Below are positions 1-14,748 of a DNA stretch of 64,000 bases, piece after piece. Position 1 is the stretch's first letter. Every line of letters begins with the position of its first letter. Under the pieces are notes generated by a model, which was not told the origin of the DNA, searched no databases, and saw only the letters and a program-made list of their open reading frames with translations. The stretch is from assembly GCF_009914755.1 (NCBI RefSeq), contig NC_060925.1. One strand, written 5' to 3'. The DNA is from the human T2T-CHM13v2.0 reference genome, Homo sapiens. Both the position numbers and the translations under genes were made by a program.

Positions 1-600
<600 letters not shown>

Positions 601-1140
601 ATCCAGCAGACACCTATCAGGAACATAGAAAATAACAAGTGTTGGCAAGGAAGTGGAGAAGTTGGAACACTTGTGCACTGTTCGTAGAAATATGAAATGG
701 TACAGCCATTATGGAAAAGTGTGGTGATTCCTCATAAAATTAAAATGGAAATACCATGATCCAGCAATCCCAGTCGACATATATACTCAAAAAAATTAAA
801 AGCAGGGTCTTGAAGAGATACTTGTGTTCCATGGTGATAGCAGCCATTGTTCACAATAGCTAAAACATAGAAGCAGCCCAATCGGCCATCAGTAGATGAA
901 TGGATAAGCAAAATGTAGTATATCCATGCAATGGAATATTATTCCACTTCAAGGAAGAAAATTCTGACACTGGCTACAGCATGAATGAACCTTGAGGACG
1001 TTATGCAGTTTTACAGGATGAGTTATGGAGCTGGATAGTGGTGATGGTGGCACATTAAGGATGTATTTAATACTGTTCTTAAATGGTACACTTAAAAATG
1101 GTAAATTTTATGTGTATTTTACAATCTTTTTTTAAATTGA
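601..1140 (+). mobile_element. Old L1 (L1M-type) 3' fragment
   Basis: L1 ORF2-end/3'UTR motifs: acaagtgttggcaagga, gatccagcaatccca, gatgaatggataagcaaaatg, gaaccttgaggacgttatg. Confidence 0.8.
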
Positions 1141-1639
1141 AGAAAAATCCTGTAGATAAATTAGAAAATTCTTCCCTTCATAGGTTTATCTGCATTTGAT
1201 TCTCCCATACTTGTACAAGGATTTATTTGTATTCAAATGGACAAATTACGCAATAGGAAATATTTGAAAATATTTATCATGGGTAATTGCTATTTTCATT
1301 GACTTCCTAAGATTTTATGTAATAATCATTTGAGTCAATATTGGTAGCTAATGTACTAATCTAATATTGAAATCAGATTGATATCTTTGTTACTTAAAGA
1401 TAATTTGATTGGATCAGCAGTTATTTCAAATTGATTAAACAAAAAATTATAAAACACCTAGTTTGTGCTAAGCAACGTAATGCAGTGATCATACAGAGAT
1501 AAAAGTCCTTACCTCGGAGTTAAATATCTACTAGGAAGACAGCAAGAATATGTGATAATACAAACTTGAGCACAGGGTGCTCTGAGAGTGTGGCAAGCAC
1601 CATTTTAGGTAGTCTCACCAGCCTCTTGTTTCCCTCATA

Positions 1640-2157
1640 TACATCATCCAGGTCAAGGTTCAGTCAGAGAAGCAGAATATATGTTTATATATAAGGAATT
1701 TGACTACGCTGTTGTGGGAGCTAAACAATCTGTAAAGCTGTTAGTGTTCTTTCTGATGCTGGAGCTTAGAGTCCACACGGCAGTCAGTTAAGGGAAGACG
1801 GGTGTAAAATGGGAGGCAGTTAAGAACAAGTGGAAGTAACAAGCACAGACAAACCCATGTCCGTTTTTATCATCTCTGGCCTTGATAGTGGTTGTCCTGT
1901 GTAACCCCATATCCAACACAAACATGTGGTTTAGAGAAACCTGGTTAGAGAAATGAGTGATCCAGGGAAGGGATGGGAAGTTGTCCAGCTGCAGCTTGTG
2001 AGCTAACACATGTATGAGCTATAAAACAGCTGCTGCTTCACATTTATCCTCCAAATTTTGCTCAAGACTTGTGGCTTACCCTAACCAGAACATTGAGGGA
2101 AGATAATTCTGGAAAATGTAGTTCTGCCTAACCAAGCTGACATTACAAACCACCACA
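1640..2157. mobile_element. ERVL/MaLR-type LTR (MLT-like)
   Basis: ggttcagtcagagaagcagaa start and gacattacaaaccaccaca end resemble MLT-family LTR termini. Confidence 0.5.
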
Positions 2158-2392
2158 ATAACTATCCTATCAATAATTGTTAACCTGAATGAATAATGCT
2201 TAAAAATTTCAGCCCCAGGAGATCAAGTAAAACAGAGAGAGAGAGGGAAAGTGACAGGTTCGAAAACAAATGGTGTCTGAGCTGGCATTTGGAAGTTAGC
2301 CAAGAGGGTGTCTCAGGGATTAGATAGAGTCCAGGAAGATGGAACAGCATAGATGTAGGAGAGTGTGACATTTTAAAAACTCTTAAGTTTGA

Positions 2393-2738
<346 letters not shown>

Positions 2739-3084
2739 TAGGGACAGAAGAAGATTACATGGGGTTAAAAGGATTGAACAGCAATGAAGAAATTGACTTA
2801 AATATAGAATAATTTCCAGAACATTTCTCACCCCAGTAACTAGAGGGAACCAAAGGTTGGCTCAGGGGAATGTTGTTTTAAGATAAGAGGCTTGAATGAA
2901 GAAAAAGTCAATGGAAGAAGAGGATGAAAAGAAAACAGTGAAGGAGGATACACATAGTAAAATCCCTAAGTGAGAGAATAATATTCAGATGACAGGAATT
3001 AACAGAAGGTAAACATCTTCCATTGAAACTAGAAAGATAAAGATGGACCTTGAAAGAATGAAGTTTTTCAGTGGTGGAACAGGA

Positions 3085-4270
3085 AGCTCATTCAACAATC
3101 GTTTATATAAAAAAAAGATACCATGTGTCATGCTTACTGCTAGAAATTAAGATAAGACAATATGTCATCTCATCTCCACAGACTTTACAGTCTAGCAATC
3201 TAGACATAGAGTAGTATAAGGGTTGCCATTGTTAAAACTGTAGGGTGATAGGGGCATATATAAGTAAACTTAATCTAGTGTAGGAGATTATGAAAGCCCT
3301 TCTGGAGCAAGTAATATTTAAATTGGTATCTGTAGAAAAGAGAGATCATCAAACAGAGGAAATATTAATACCTTGTGCAAAGCGCCTGAGATAGGAAAGA
3401 ACATGGCACCTTGAAAACCCTAGAAATGAATGACTGGAGCACAGGGGAAGGGAGGGTGTGGGAGATAATGCTGGAGAAGTGGATCATCCAGATTATGCAT
3501 GTTTATGGCCTTTTTGACCATATTAAAGAATTCTATGTTGTTTTTTTTTTAAATAATGGAAAGCCAGTTTTTTTTTTAAGAGACTTTATGCAAGGTAAGT
3601 ATGGATAATGTATTAAAAGAGTTGCCAGCAAACTTTTCCTCTTTAGGGCCAGATTGTAATGGTTCAGACTCTGAGGGCCACATACAGTCTGTGCTACATA
3701 ATTGTCTTTATGTTTTGTTGTGTTTTCTTTTTACAACTGTTTGACCCCTGTAAAACTGTAGAAAATAGTAAGAGTAGATGGCGGGAGCATCTAGGAAGCT
3801 ATCAGAGTAGTCTAAGGAGGACCTGATATGGCTTGGGAGAGAATGGCCATAATGAGAAAGAAGAGACTTGCCATAAGATTTTAGAGTTGAATTGACAAAG
3901 CTTGCTTCTAGATAGGAGGAGAGGAGGATGTGAGATTGAGGAAAGCATGTAAATTGCCTCGTAGGATTCTGGCTGTGTGGTACTGTTAATTAAGATACAA
4001 AACAGAGGAGAAGAAGCAGGTTTTAAGGGGGAAGCTACTGCATTCAGTTTTATTGTTGAATATAAGTTGACAATTAGATGGTTCTTTGGCAACATGAGGA
4101 AATGAGCTTCAGATCTGGTAAAAGTAATGGCCAAAAAAATAAAGTAGGGCATCGTTAGCATATAGATAGTAAGTCCAGGGAATGGCTGAGGTAACATAGG
4201 AAAATTGTATGGAGTAAGAAGAGAGGGCTGTCTCAGCCAGATTGGATGGAGGAAATCAAGCAGGCAAAGG
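3085..4270 (-). mobile_element. L2 fragments (with MER58-like insert ~3625-3750)
   Basis: cattcaacaa L2 end and purine-rich L2 motifs (gagaagaagcaggttttaagggg, ttcagtttt). Confidence 0.5.
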
Positions 4271-4470
4271 AGACTGGTGAGAAAGGGCCAATTTCAATTA
4301 TCATTTTTTTGACCTATGATTTACTTAAAAGTATGTTTTTGAAATTTCTAAACATATTTGCTCTTTTAGTTCTTTTTATTGTTGATTTCTAACTTAATTA
4401 CAGGCTGGTCAGAGAATGTGGTCCGTATGATATCAACTTGAAATGATTGAGAGTCACTTTCAGCCTGAAA

Positions 4471-4778
4471 CAGGTGTCAGCAAACTATAACCTGTGAGCT
4501 AAATCTGGCCTGCCACCTAGTTTTGTACAGCCTGGAAGCTAAGCATGATTTTTACATTTTAAATATTATACATAAAAATTATACAAAATTCAAATTTCAG
4601 TGTTCATAAATAAAGTTTTATTAGAACATAGCTACCTACACTCATTCATTTACATATTGTCTGCGGCTTCTTTGTTACCATGTTGGCAGAGCTGAGTACT
4701 AGCAACAGAGACCATATGCTCCACAAAGCCCAAAATATTTACTATCTGCCCTTCACAGAAAAAGTTTACCTGCCCCTG
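4471..4778. mobile_element. MER58-type hAT DNA transposon (MITE)
   Basis: Termini caggtgtcagcaaacta...aaagtttacctgcccctg; internal gcaacagagaccatatg and aaagcccaaaatatttactatctg. Confidence 0.8.
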
Positions 4779-5665
4779 GCTTCCAACGTGTTCAATTTTT
4801 AATGTTTTAGGTGTTCTTGAAAAAAATCTGTACTCTCCAGATAACATATGCAGGGTTTTATATATGTTTATTAGATTAATCTTACTGACTGTATTACACA
4901 AATTTATATACTTATAACATTTTGTCTGCTTAATCTACCAAATACTGAGAAATGTAAACTAAATTTCCTACTTTGGCAGTGGATCTGTTAAGTTTGTATT
5001 TTTTGTTTGTTTGTTTTGGGGCTTTTTTTATAGTTCTGTCAATTTTACTTTATAAATTCATAGTTTAGGTAACTAGAAGCAAATAAGTTTAGAATTGTTA
5101 TCTCTTCTCACTGAGTTAAGCTTTTATCAGCATGTAATGATGATCTCTTTTTTTAACGAATAGTGTCTATGTTAAGGTATATTTTGCCTGATATGAATAT
5201 ACCAGCTATCTTGTTAACATTTTCCTGGTGTAACTTTTCATCCTTCTTTCAACCTTTATGGCTGTTTAAGTTCTAGATACATATTTTCAAACAGTATATA
5301 GCAGATTTTTTATTCAATCTGGCAATCTTTGACTTTTAACTAAAGAGTATAGTCCATTTTCATTTATTGTAATTAGCAATTGCTGTTCTATTCTGATTCA
5401 TTCCCACTAATATATTTTATATTTTCTGTTTTGTGGCCTATTCTGGTTTTTGCTATTCATTGTTTTGGATTGACTAATTTAATTCCAATTGTTTTTTTCT
5501 CTAATAGTTTGAGTTACTCTATTTCTGTTATAATGATCACTCTAGAAATTTTAATATTTTAATCTCTCTTCTATGTTTTATATTGTTGTCTGTGTTATAT
5601 TTCTTGTCCACTATTTTTCTCTTCAAATGTTTTAAACTTGTTATTTATCCCCACTATTGAATTTC

Positions 5666-6065
5666 TATCTTAGTCCATTTATGCTTCTATGACAGAGTAC
5701 CTGAGACTGGATAATTTATAAAGAAAATACAATTAATTTTTCACAATTCTGGGAGCTGGAAAGTCCAAGATCAAGGTGGCAGCCAGATTGGTATCTGGCG
5801 AGGACTGCTCTCTGCTTCTGAGATGGCACCTTGCTTCTATACCTTCTGCTGGGAAGGCATACTGTGTCCTCACGTGGCAGAAGGGACAGAAGGGCAAGAG
5901 AGGACTCTTTTCAACCTTGAGCCATTTTGTAAGGATGCTAAATCCATTCAGGGGGCAAGGTCCTCATGACTTAATCATCTACCAAAAGGCTTTCCCTCTC
6001 AAAACCATCATAGTGCGATTAAGTTTCAACATGAATTTTGAAGGGGACACATCCAAACACAGCAA
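5666..6065 (-). mobile_element. MaLR LTR (MST/MLT1A-like)
   Basis: cttagtccattt, ctgagactggataatttataaagaa, gtccaagatcaaggtggcagc, gtttcaacatgaattttgaaggggacac. Confidence 0.8.
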
Positions 6066-6611
6066 TTTCTAATTTCAATGATAGGTTTAATATCTTTACA
6101 TTCTACTTATTTCTTTTCAAATTTGCCTGATTATTTTAGTACTTTTTTATTCCTTCATTACACTTTCAATATCCACTTTATTTACTTAAAAATATTAAGC
6201 ATACTTTTATTTTGGATCTGATCATTCTTATACCTACAGCCTTTGCAGGTCTCTGTCTCTAACATTTGTGGTTTGTTATTTCTGCTGTCTCTTTCATGAT
6301 GGCTTGATTACTTTTTGTGTTTTTGTGATTTGTCTTGTTGTTAGCTCATATTTATTGGAAATGTGTCTGTGGAAGTCTTTGACACCTGGTCGAAGAGGCA
6401 TTCTTCTACAGATAACTTGCATTTTCTTCTCCCAGCGTCCAACTTAAACAACCAATTTAAACTTGGAATTTTGAGGTCCACAGACAGTACAAAGTCTGGC
6501 CTAAAACCTCCTAAAGTTAGGTTTGTGGTTAGGAATGTCCAAGGGAAGCGTATTTTGTTTTGTTTTTCTTTTTGTCCCCTTCTATCCAGAGCCAAGCTTG
6601 AGATAAGCAAG

Positions 6612-7190
6612 TATGACAGGCAGAATTCTACAATGCCCCATGATCTCTGCTCCCTTGTGTTACTGCAAGTATAATCCTCCCTCCCCTGAATGTGGGTGGA
6701 ATCTATGACTTGCATCTAATCAACAGAATATGGCAAAGGTGACAGGCTGTCACTTCCATCATGACATTATGTTATATACAACTTTGTCTTAACAGGCTGG
6801 AGAGACTCTTCTGTGGCATTCAAACTGCCATGTTGTGAACTGCCTGTGGAGAGAACCACAAAGCAGGGAACTGTAGACAGCCTCTAGGACCTGCAAACAG
6901 GCTCCAGCTGACAACCAGTAAGAAGCCAGGGCCCTCAGTCATGTAAGTCACAAGGAAATGAGTTCATCCAACAACCAGAGGGAATTTGGAAGTATATCTT
7001 CTCCTAGTCAAGCCTCTGATAAGAACACAACCCCAGCCAATACCTGGATTACAGCCTGGTGAGACCTTGAAGCAGAGAACCTTGATAAAACATGTCCAAG
7101 CTTTTAACCCATAGAAACTATAAGATAAATGTGTATTGTTTTAAGCCTCTAAATGTGTGATATGTTAGGCAGCAATAGAAAACTAATACA
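6612..7190 (+). mobile_element. MaLR LTR (MLT1-family)
   Basis: tgacaggcagaattcta start; ttttaagcctctaaat...gcaatagaaaactaataca end. Confidence 0.8.
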
Positions 7191-7599
7191 GCAAAGGTCT
7201 CCACCATCTCTATCTGTGGCATGGATTTTTTTTCCTCATTCACCCACCAGGGGTCCCTTTTCAGAGGGTACAATCCAAATCGCCACCTTTGTGCAGGCTC
7301 TAGACTTGGTTTCCTAACCTTGCACACATGGCCTTTAAACCCAACCTTCAGGTCACCAAAAATTGGTAGCTATATCCAGAGCAAACACCCATTTCAGGTC
7401 TCAATCAACTTTCTTATTTCCCACATCTACTTTAGCCATGTGCTTCTAAATTATGGTGTTTAAAATATTTTATCCAACAAGTGTTATGTTTTTTAACAAG
7501 AGGATTTCCTTACATACCTAATCTGCTATACACCTGGGAATTTCCATTACTCATCAGCCCATTGAAGGTAAATTTCCTACTACTACCAAACCCCAGGCT

Positions 7600-10425
7600 A
7601 CTTAAGCAAAAGAGATTATGATCTCTTAATTGCCAAATCCAGTCAACTCTTTCCAGTCCTCATGTTAATTGGCCTCTCTCTTTCAGCAGCATTTGGCACA
7701 GGTGGCCACAGCTTTTCCTTCCTTTCTTTCCTCCTCTGGCTCCTAATCACATATGTTTATGCTATTTCTGCTGTCACCATTTCTTCTCAATTTCCTTAGC
7801 TGACTCTACTTTTTCTGCCTCCCTCTTAAATCTTGGTGCTCCTCAGAGTTCTATCCTAGGAATTTTATTCTCATTCTGTAATACATACTGTACGTGGATT
7901 ACCTTATCCATTCCCATGGCTTCTACTATCATGAGTATACTGGTGACTTCCTAATCTATACCTCAAATTGTATTTGGAAAGATAGATTAGGTTCAGTGAG
8001 ATGAGACAATAGCTGGGATCATAGGTGTGTGACATTGCACGTGTCAGGTGCAATGATCCCAGCTATTAGGGAGGCTGAAGTGAGAGGACAGCTTGAGTTC
8101 AGGAGTTCAAGACCAGCTTGGGCAACATAGTAAGACCTGTCTTAAAAAAAAAAAAAAAAGAAAAGAAAAGATCTACCCAAAATCTCAGTAGCTCAATACA
8201 GAAAAGTTTACTTTTTGCTCATATAGAGTCTACTGGGGGTCCAAGTGACTCCCCAGAGAAACTGTCCTCCATATGTTGACTCAGTGATCCAGGGTTAGAA
8301 CTCTTACCTTCACCTTCCCATCATAAAATCTCCATTGTTGTGGGAGGGGGTCAGAGCAGGTTTTGCATTAGCAATTAAATGCTTTGGCTAAATGAGACAT
8401 GCATCACTTCATTCACTACCCATTGGCCAGAACTTGTCACATGACATTACCCAACCACAAGGGAGGCTCCACACAAGAAGGAGAGGAGAACTGGTTATTG
8501 GTGAGAACTAGTACTGTCTACCACACAAATCTAGATCTCTTTTGTGAGCCCCAGATCTGTGCATCCAACTGCTCTCTCAACATCTTTACCTAAATGTTCC
8601 ACAGGCACCCCAAACCCAATGTGTCCAAAATTAAACTCATTATTTTTTCCCAATCCTATAACCCCTTATTTTATATTATCAACATTAGTTGATGGATACA
8701 ACGCAGGAAACCTAGTTATTGCCACATCCCCTCTCTCTCTTACTTTCCTCTCACACCTAATAAATGACTAGACTCATCACCTATCTGCTCTACCTCTTCC
8801 CCATGGCCATTGCCGCTATTCAGATCATCCTAGTTTCTCACTTGGAACTCTGCAACACCAAAGGATTCTTCACCCACTGTCTGGCACCTCACCAGTCCCC
8901 CCTACACTCTGTTGCCTAAACCCAAATGTGCTTGTGTTAGTCCTCTTCAGCAGTCTTTCCATTGCCTATACGGGTAAAATATGTTTAGGGCCCGCCATTA
9001 CCTGGTTTTATCTATCCTCTCCAGCCTTTCCTCTTCCATCACCCACCCTTATCCTATCCTCATTCCCCATAGCACCACCTATGGTGAAATACTTGCATTT
9101 CCCTAAACTCAACCATCGTGCCAAAGCATGCCCTTGTTTACCCTGTCCCTCTACCTGGAATACACTTCCTCCCTCGCTCTGCCTAGAAAATTATTCATCT
9201 TTCAAGGTGCAACTCAAACATTGTCTCCTCTATGAGGCTTTTCTTGACACCTATCCTCCCTCCTTATTGTGTAGCCTGACCTCTTTGTTCATTGCATCTC
9301 ACTCTATCCTGTACGGATGTCTCACATCTACAATATTTCATTATGCTTATTTATGTGACTGGCCAGTCTGGAACATGCTTTTGTAGATGAATGAAGATAT
9401 CTGTCTCTCTGCAACGGACAGATCCCGCAAGTCAAGAACTGTTGTCTTACTCATTATTGAACCTCCAGAGCTTGACAGGGTGTTTTCGTAGGTGCTAACT
9501 AAATGTCTGATTAATTAGTTAATCCTCCCTCTAAGTCTTGAAATACCGCTGTTTCCTTCTGTGGCTCCTCTTCCTCCTTCTTGCCCTTTGGTTGTGTCTT
9601 TGATCATTGTCTAATCTTTTATCCCCCCTTGTTTTTGCTGCCACCTTCCTAAATATCTCCCAAATCCATATATATCTCTTCATCTCTAGTGCTACCATCC
9701 TAGTCCACATTACTATTACCCTCCTCAACTGTATCACTGCAGTAATCTCTCAGCCGGTCTATTCATATCTATTCTGGCTAACTTCCAATCTGTTTGCTCC
9801 AGTTTTAGTGATTGTTCCGTAATGCAAACCTGATCATGTCACCCTTGCTTAAATATCTTTAGTACAGATAAACCCACTTCTCTTAAAGACAAAAGTTGTG
9901 ACGGACTGGCCCCTTCCTGCCTATTCAACCTCATCCTCATCATGCTCCACCCTCTGCCCACAACCCAGTGCCACCTCACATACTTCCTCTTTCAGCTTTT
10001 GTCAAACTAGTCTTTTTTTTTTTTGCCCTTCAACTTCCTACCTTCCTTCTGGCACAGGATTTTTAAATGTTCTGTTCCCTCTGAACTTTCCCTTCCTCTT
10101 GTTCTAGTGGAACTGCAACTCACATTTCAGATTTCAGCTTAAGTGTTGGGTCATTTTGTTATGTTTTTTGGCTCTAGGAAGGCTTCCCTGGTCCTCTTCC
10201 CCTCTGTTGTAGGCATCCATGGCACAGGGTCCTGATCCTTCACAGCACACTTAACAATCACAATTTACCATTTCTTTGTGTGGTAAGGGCCTCCTTTACT
10301 AGTCTGAAAGTTCCATGAAGGCAGCCCCTCACGCTCGTCATAATATCCTTAAAGCTTAGAATGGTACACAGCACATAGTAAATGTTCAATAAATGTTTTG
10401 GAGTAAGTGAATGAAGAAATGAATT
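7600..10425 (+). mobile_element. L2 fragments
   Basis: Pyrimidine-rich L2 motifs (tgccaaatccag, acccaatgtgtccaaaattaaactc) and 3' ends such as cacatagtaaatgttcaataaatg...gaatgaa. Confidence 0.55.
8008..8170 (+). mobile_element. Alu monomer (FLAM-like) with inverted 5' end
   Basis: atcccagctattagggaggctgaag...ttcaagaccagcttgggcaacatagtaagacc plus poly(A). Confidence 0.8.
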
Positions 10426-10807
10426 ATCTCAGCAACTGAGGTTCAAAAACTTGAAGTAATCATTGACTCATCCTACTGTTTTATTCCCAATATCCAGGTC
10501 CCAAGTTATATGTCCTCCAATTTTATGATCCCTGTGGTTTCAGCCTATACCCTTACTACACAATACCCAGAATATCACCGTACCATCTAGCTTCTTTGTC
10601 TCTACCCACAATTTATCTTATATGATATGGTACAATCTGTCATAAAGGCTATGTTTATCATGTTATATCTCAATCAAAAATATTTAGTGTTTATTTTTTA
10701 AATATTTCAAATATGTCTTGCTTGGACTTAAAGCTCCCCACCATCTGGCTGCAATCCATCTAAGTCAACTATTTTTCATCTCCCACCCTCTCCAAATGCC
10801 CCTCCCT

Positions 10808-10965
10808 ATTTATTTATTTATTTATTTAAGCACTCTGTCACTCAGGCTAAAGTGCAATGGCATGATCGTGACTCACTGTAGCCTCAAACTCCTGGGCGCA
10901 AAGGATCCTCCTGCCTCAGCCCCCCAAAGTGCTGGATTACAGGCGTCAACCACCACACCCAGCCA
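10808..10965 (-). mobile_element. Alu fragment (old, internally deleted)
   Basis: (ATTT)n tail, ctctgtcactcaggctaaagtgcaatgg...caaagtgctggattacaggcg. Confidence 0.8.
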
Positions 10966-11482
10966 AAATGTTCCACTCTTGAACTGTGCTAATATCCCAG
11001 AAATACATCACTTGAATTTCAGCAACCAACCCTGGGCCTAGGGCACCCCTCCCACAGCCCTTTCTCCCTCCATCCATCCAAAGCCTATCCACGCTCAAGG
11101 TTTACCTGAATACTTCCTTGCCTGATTTCTCCAGCTCTGCCAGCTGTGAGTTACTCTTCTCCACGTGGAAACCTCTTCCCCAGACTCTGTGCCTGGCTAG
11201 CTCCTTCTCATCTTCGAGTTCTCTAAGTGGAAATGTGCACTCCTTAGAGAAGCCTTCCCCAGTCCTCCATCTTCTCTGAAGACATTCTCCCAGTGTATTC
11301 TGTCTAGCTAGCACTCTTTTTTTTCCCTCAAGGCCCTTAATACAATGTGTCACTGACTTATCATTTACTTGTTTTTCATTTCTCTTCTCAATTATGTGGT
11401 AGAGTCTGTGAGGCAAGGAACTTTTCTGCCTTGCTCTCCGAAAAACCTGTAATAATCTGGTCAGTTATTAAACCTATATAAC

Positions 11483-11818
<336 letters not shown>

Positions 11819-12218
11819 TCACTGTATGGCCTATAGCATTTACTTAATGAGTATATTTATTAATATTATTTTACAAATAAATATTTATAAAGAAATGATT
11901 CGCCTTCCCTTTGAAGGGATCTTAACACTCTTAACACATTTGAAGTCTGCACAGCTAGTACTTAACTCTTAGCACTGTTTGCTCTTCATTTTTCATTATC
12001 AGCCTCATCTCCCTGGTTAGAATAGATGAGATTATAAGGTTTTTGATGACAATGTCATACTGATGCGACCTCCACAGTAAATCTGGCACAGTGGTTAAAG
12101 TAAACACTTAATAAATATTTAATTAGCAAGAAACCTGTCTTGCCTCCTTATGTTCTGTCATTCATGTGTCAGACACAAAGAAAAGGTACAAAAGAAAGAT
12201 TAAAAAATCATAATGTTG

Positions 12219-12530
<312 letters not shown>

Positions 12531-12599
12531 TCAAAGAGGAAGCCTACCGTTGAGTTTAGTAAGATCTTTGCTACACACAATGTGATGCTGGCAGTGGCA

Positions 12600-12713
12600 G
12601 GGGCAGTAATCTTTATTTCGTCATTTTTGAAACATAGAAGCCGTAACGGAAGCAAGTGAAATGCTCAGTCTTAGACGACTGCGTCGTGCTATGACCGGAC
12701 TTTTTCTTGAAAG
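12600..12713 (+). other. C1orf162: C1orf162 non-coding first exon / promoter (start approximate)
   Basis: Local CpG cluster, ETS core CGGAAG near 12647, donor AAG|gtaaat at 12713/12714. Confidence 0.65.
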
Positions 12714-14711
12714 GTAAATGCATTTACCACATGCTTTTAATCTAGATTAAATAATCACTCACCAAAAGAAAGTGTCGTCTAATTGTTAGTGGTTTCTATC
12801 ACTTGTTTTCTTTGATGCAGGAAGGGTTGTATTTGAATGGTTCTATTAAGTTGATGGATTTTACGCTATCAGTAAGATTCTCCAGTGCTGGATGAAACGT
12901 GAAAAAGTATATATAGCACCGCTTCTATTTTAATTTATGCTTCTGCCAACTGTTTGGGTTGTGCTGAAAGGGAAATATATTTCCTGCTTTTCTTGGCCTG
13001 GATTTGTGAGTAGCTATTTCCCTGTGGTATTGTACGATGATTTTGTCCATTTATGTGAAAGTTAGGGTGGGGTGGCCTAATGTTTTCACAGCGGCTATGG
13101 TAACATTTTTGTAAATTCAGAACTGCTACTGTGAATTTCAGGATTTTACAGAAACCTATGATCCTATCTTCTTCCACCTCTCCAGTGGCAAAGCCTAGTG
13201 TAAGCTCATACTCTGTTTAGCACCAGCATATATTTCAATATTTTAAAAATATTATGTCAATATTTTATGATGGTCTGCAAAGAGCACCACTGACTTACAA
13301 GTTAGAAAAGGAGCAAAAAGTGTGAGAAAAATTACCACTGCCGATTCTGCTGCGGACTGTGGGCCTCCTATTCTCATGGCTCAGATTCCTCAACACATTT
13401 TCCCGTTGGCCCTTTTCTTATCTGACATTGCATGATCTAAAAATGTTTGGTGAATTGTAAGGTACTTGGTAATGTTGTTGTTGCTGCTATTGTAACAGGT
13501 ACAGGGCGATGAGGTGTCCTTCTCCCAACCCTCCCACAGGTCCAAGGACTTGGAAGTTAACTTTTGAGAGCTGAACAATAAAACAATAAATAATTGATGA
13601 CATTTGTTTAAAGAAATGACCTTAAAATATAGAAGAAATAACAAAGCCAAAACATTTTCCCATGAGTTTGCCTAAATACAAAGTAAAATTTTGGCCTCCT
13701 AAAAAAAAAAATCAGGGATGCATACAATGTTTTATGCACAAAAATATCTCTTTCATTGTTATTGATTTAAATAAAAATGGAAACAATTCTATCAGTAAGT
13801 GGGGAATTTGTTAAGCAAGTTATAGTACATAGCTATAATGGAAAGACCTATCACCACTAAAAAATGTTATAAAAAGTTTTTAGTGACATAGAAGAATGTG
13901 TATGGCAAAATGCTGAGTGTAAAAGGAAGATATAACCTCTTATAAAAAGAAATATCTCAAGTAGCTTTTTAAAAAATGCATGGAAGTCTGACTAAAAGGA
14001 AAGACACTAAAAACATTAATGAGTAGTAGGAGTTTGGGTGATTTCACTTTCCTGCCTTTAGATATTTTATACATTTTGATATAAAGCCTAAACAAGAATA
14101 TTGGCAAACTTGAGAAGATAATACGTGAACAGATTAGAAGTGTCTAATGAGGTCTAGAGTAAGGGTCTCCAAGAGCAAGTTTGTCAAAGTTTATGTAGCA
14201 ATGCCAGGGAAGAGTAAGATTGATACATCAGACCCAGTTGGCAGTCAATATAAAAATCATCCATTCATCTTCTCTCATACTTACTTCAGTTCAGTGCTTA
14301 CCAAGCAAATTTATGATTTTCATTGGCATTCTTATATGTTCCCCTGATAGGCAAAATTCACTGATTGCACCAACATGTACCTAATGTTATTTCGGCTTAT
14401 ACATCAGTCTCCTGTGAGTTGGTTGGTGGGAATCAGTTCTGGAGAAATCAGTCATTTCTTGGTGCCCTGATAAGATCAAATTTCTGGACCTGCAAACCTG
14501 AAGGCTGGCTGCTGAGCTGCAGAAACAACACCAGAATTGTTAACCACTGATGAGTGATCTGTGACCACTGATGGCACTAGAACACCCACAAATTGCCTCT
14601 CATTGTTACTACTCTTATATGACAATCACAGTCTCAGAGCTGGCCCTTAAGCCGGCTCTCCCTTCCAAGCTTTCTAAGAGATACCTTGTTTTATTCTCAG
14701 GGGATGACAGC

Positions 14712-14748
14712 ATGGGAGGCAATGGCTCCACATGTAAACCCGACACTG
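14712..14748 (+). CDS. C1orf162: C1orf162 coding exon 1 (MGGNGSTCKPDT); exon begins at 14701
   Basis: Acceptor ttattctcag|14701, ATG in agcATGg, donor G|gtgagt, ends phase 1. Confidence 0.9.

Larger units (their letters stand above)
4290..6350 (-). mobile_element. Old L1 fragments interrupted by younger elements
   Basis: gttgatttctaacttaatt, ggtcagagaatgtgg, ttttattcaatctggcaatctt antisense L1 motifs; minus-strand ORF 4650-4901 (INLINIYKTLH...EYRFFS) resembles the L1 endonuclease. Confidence 0.7.

Noticed and set aside
14365-14550. Possible decayed Ig exon upstream of the C1orf162 start (Cys/Trp-containing ORF)
   Set aside because: Cys/Trp spacing does not fit a V-set domain, there is no D-x-G-x-Y-x-C motif, and no convincing splice sites.
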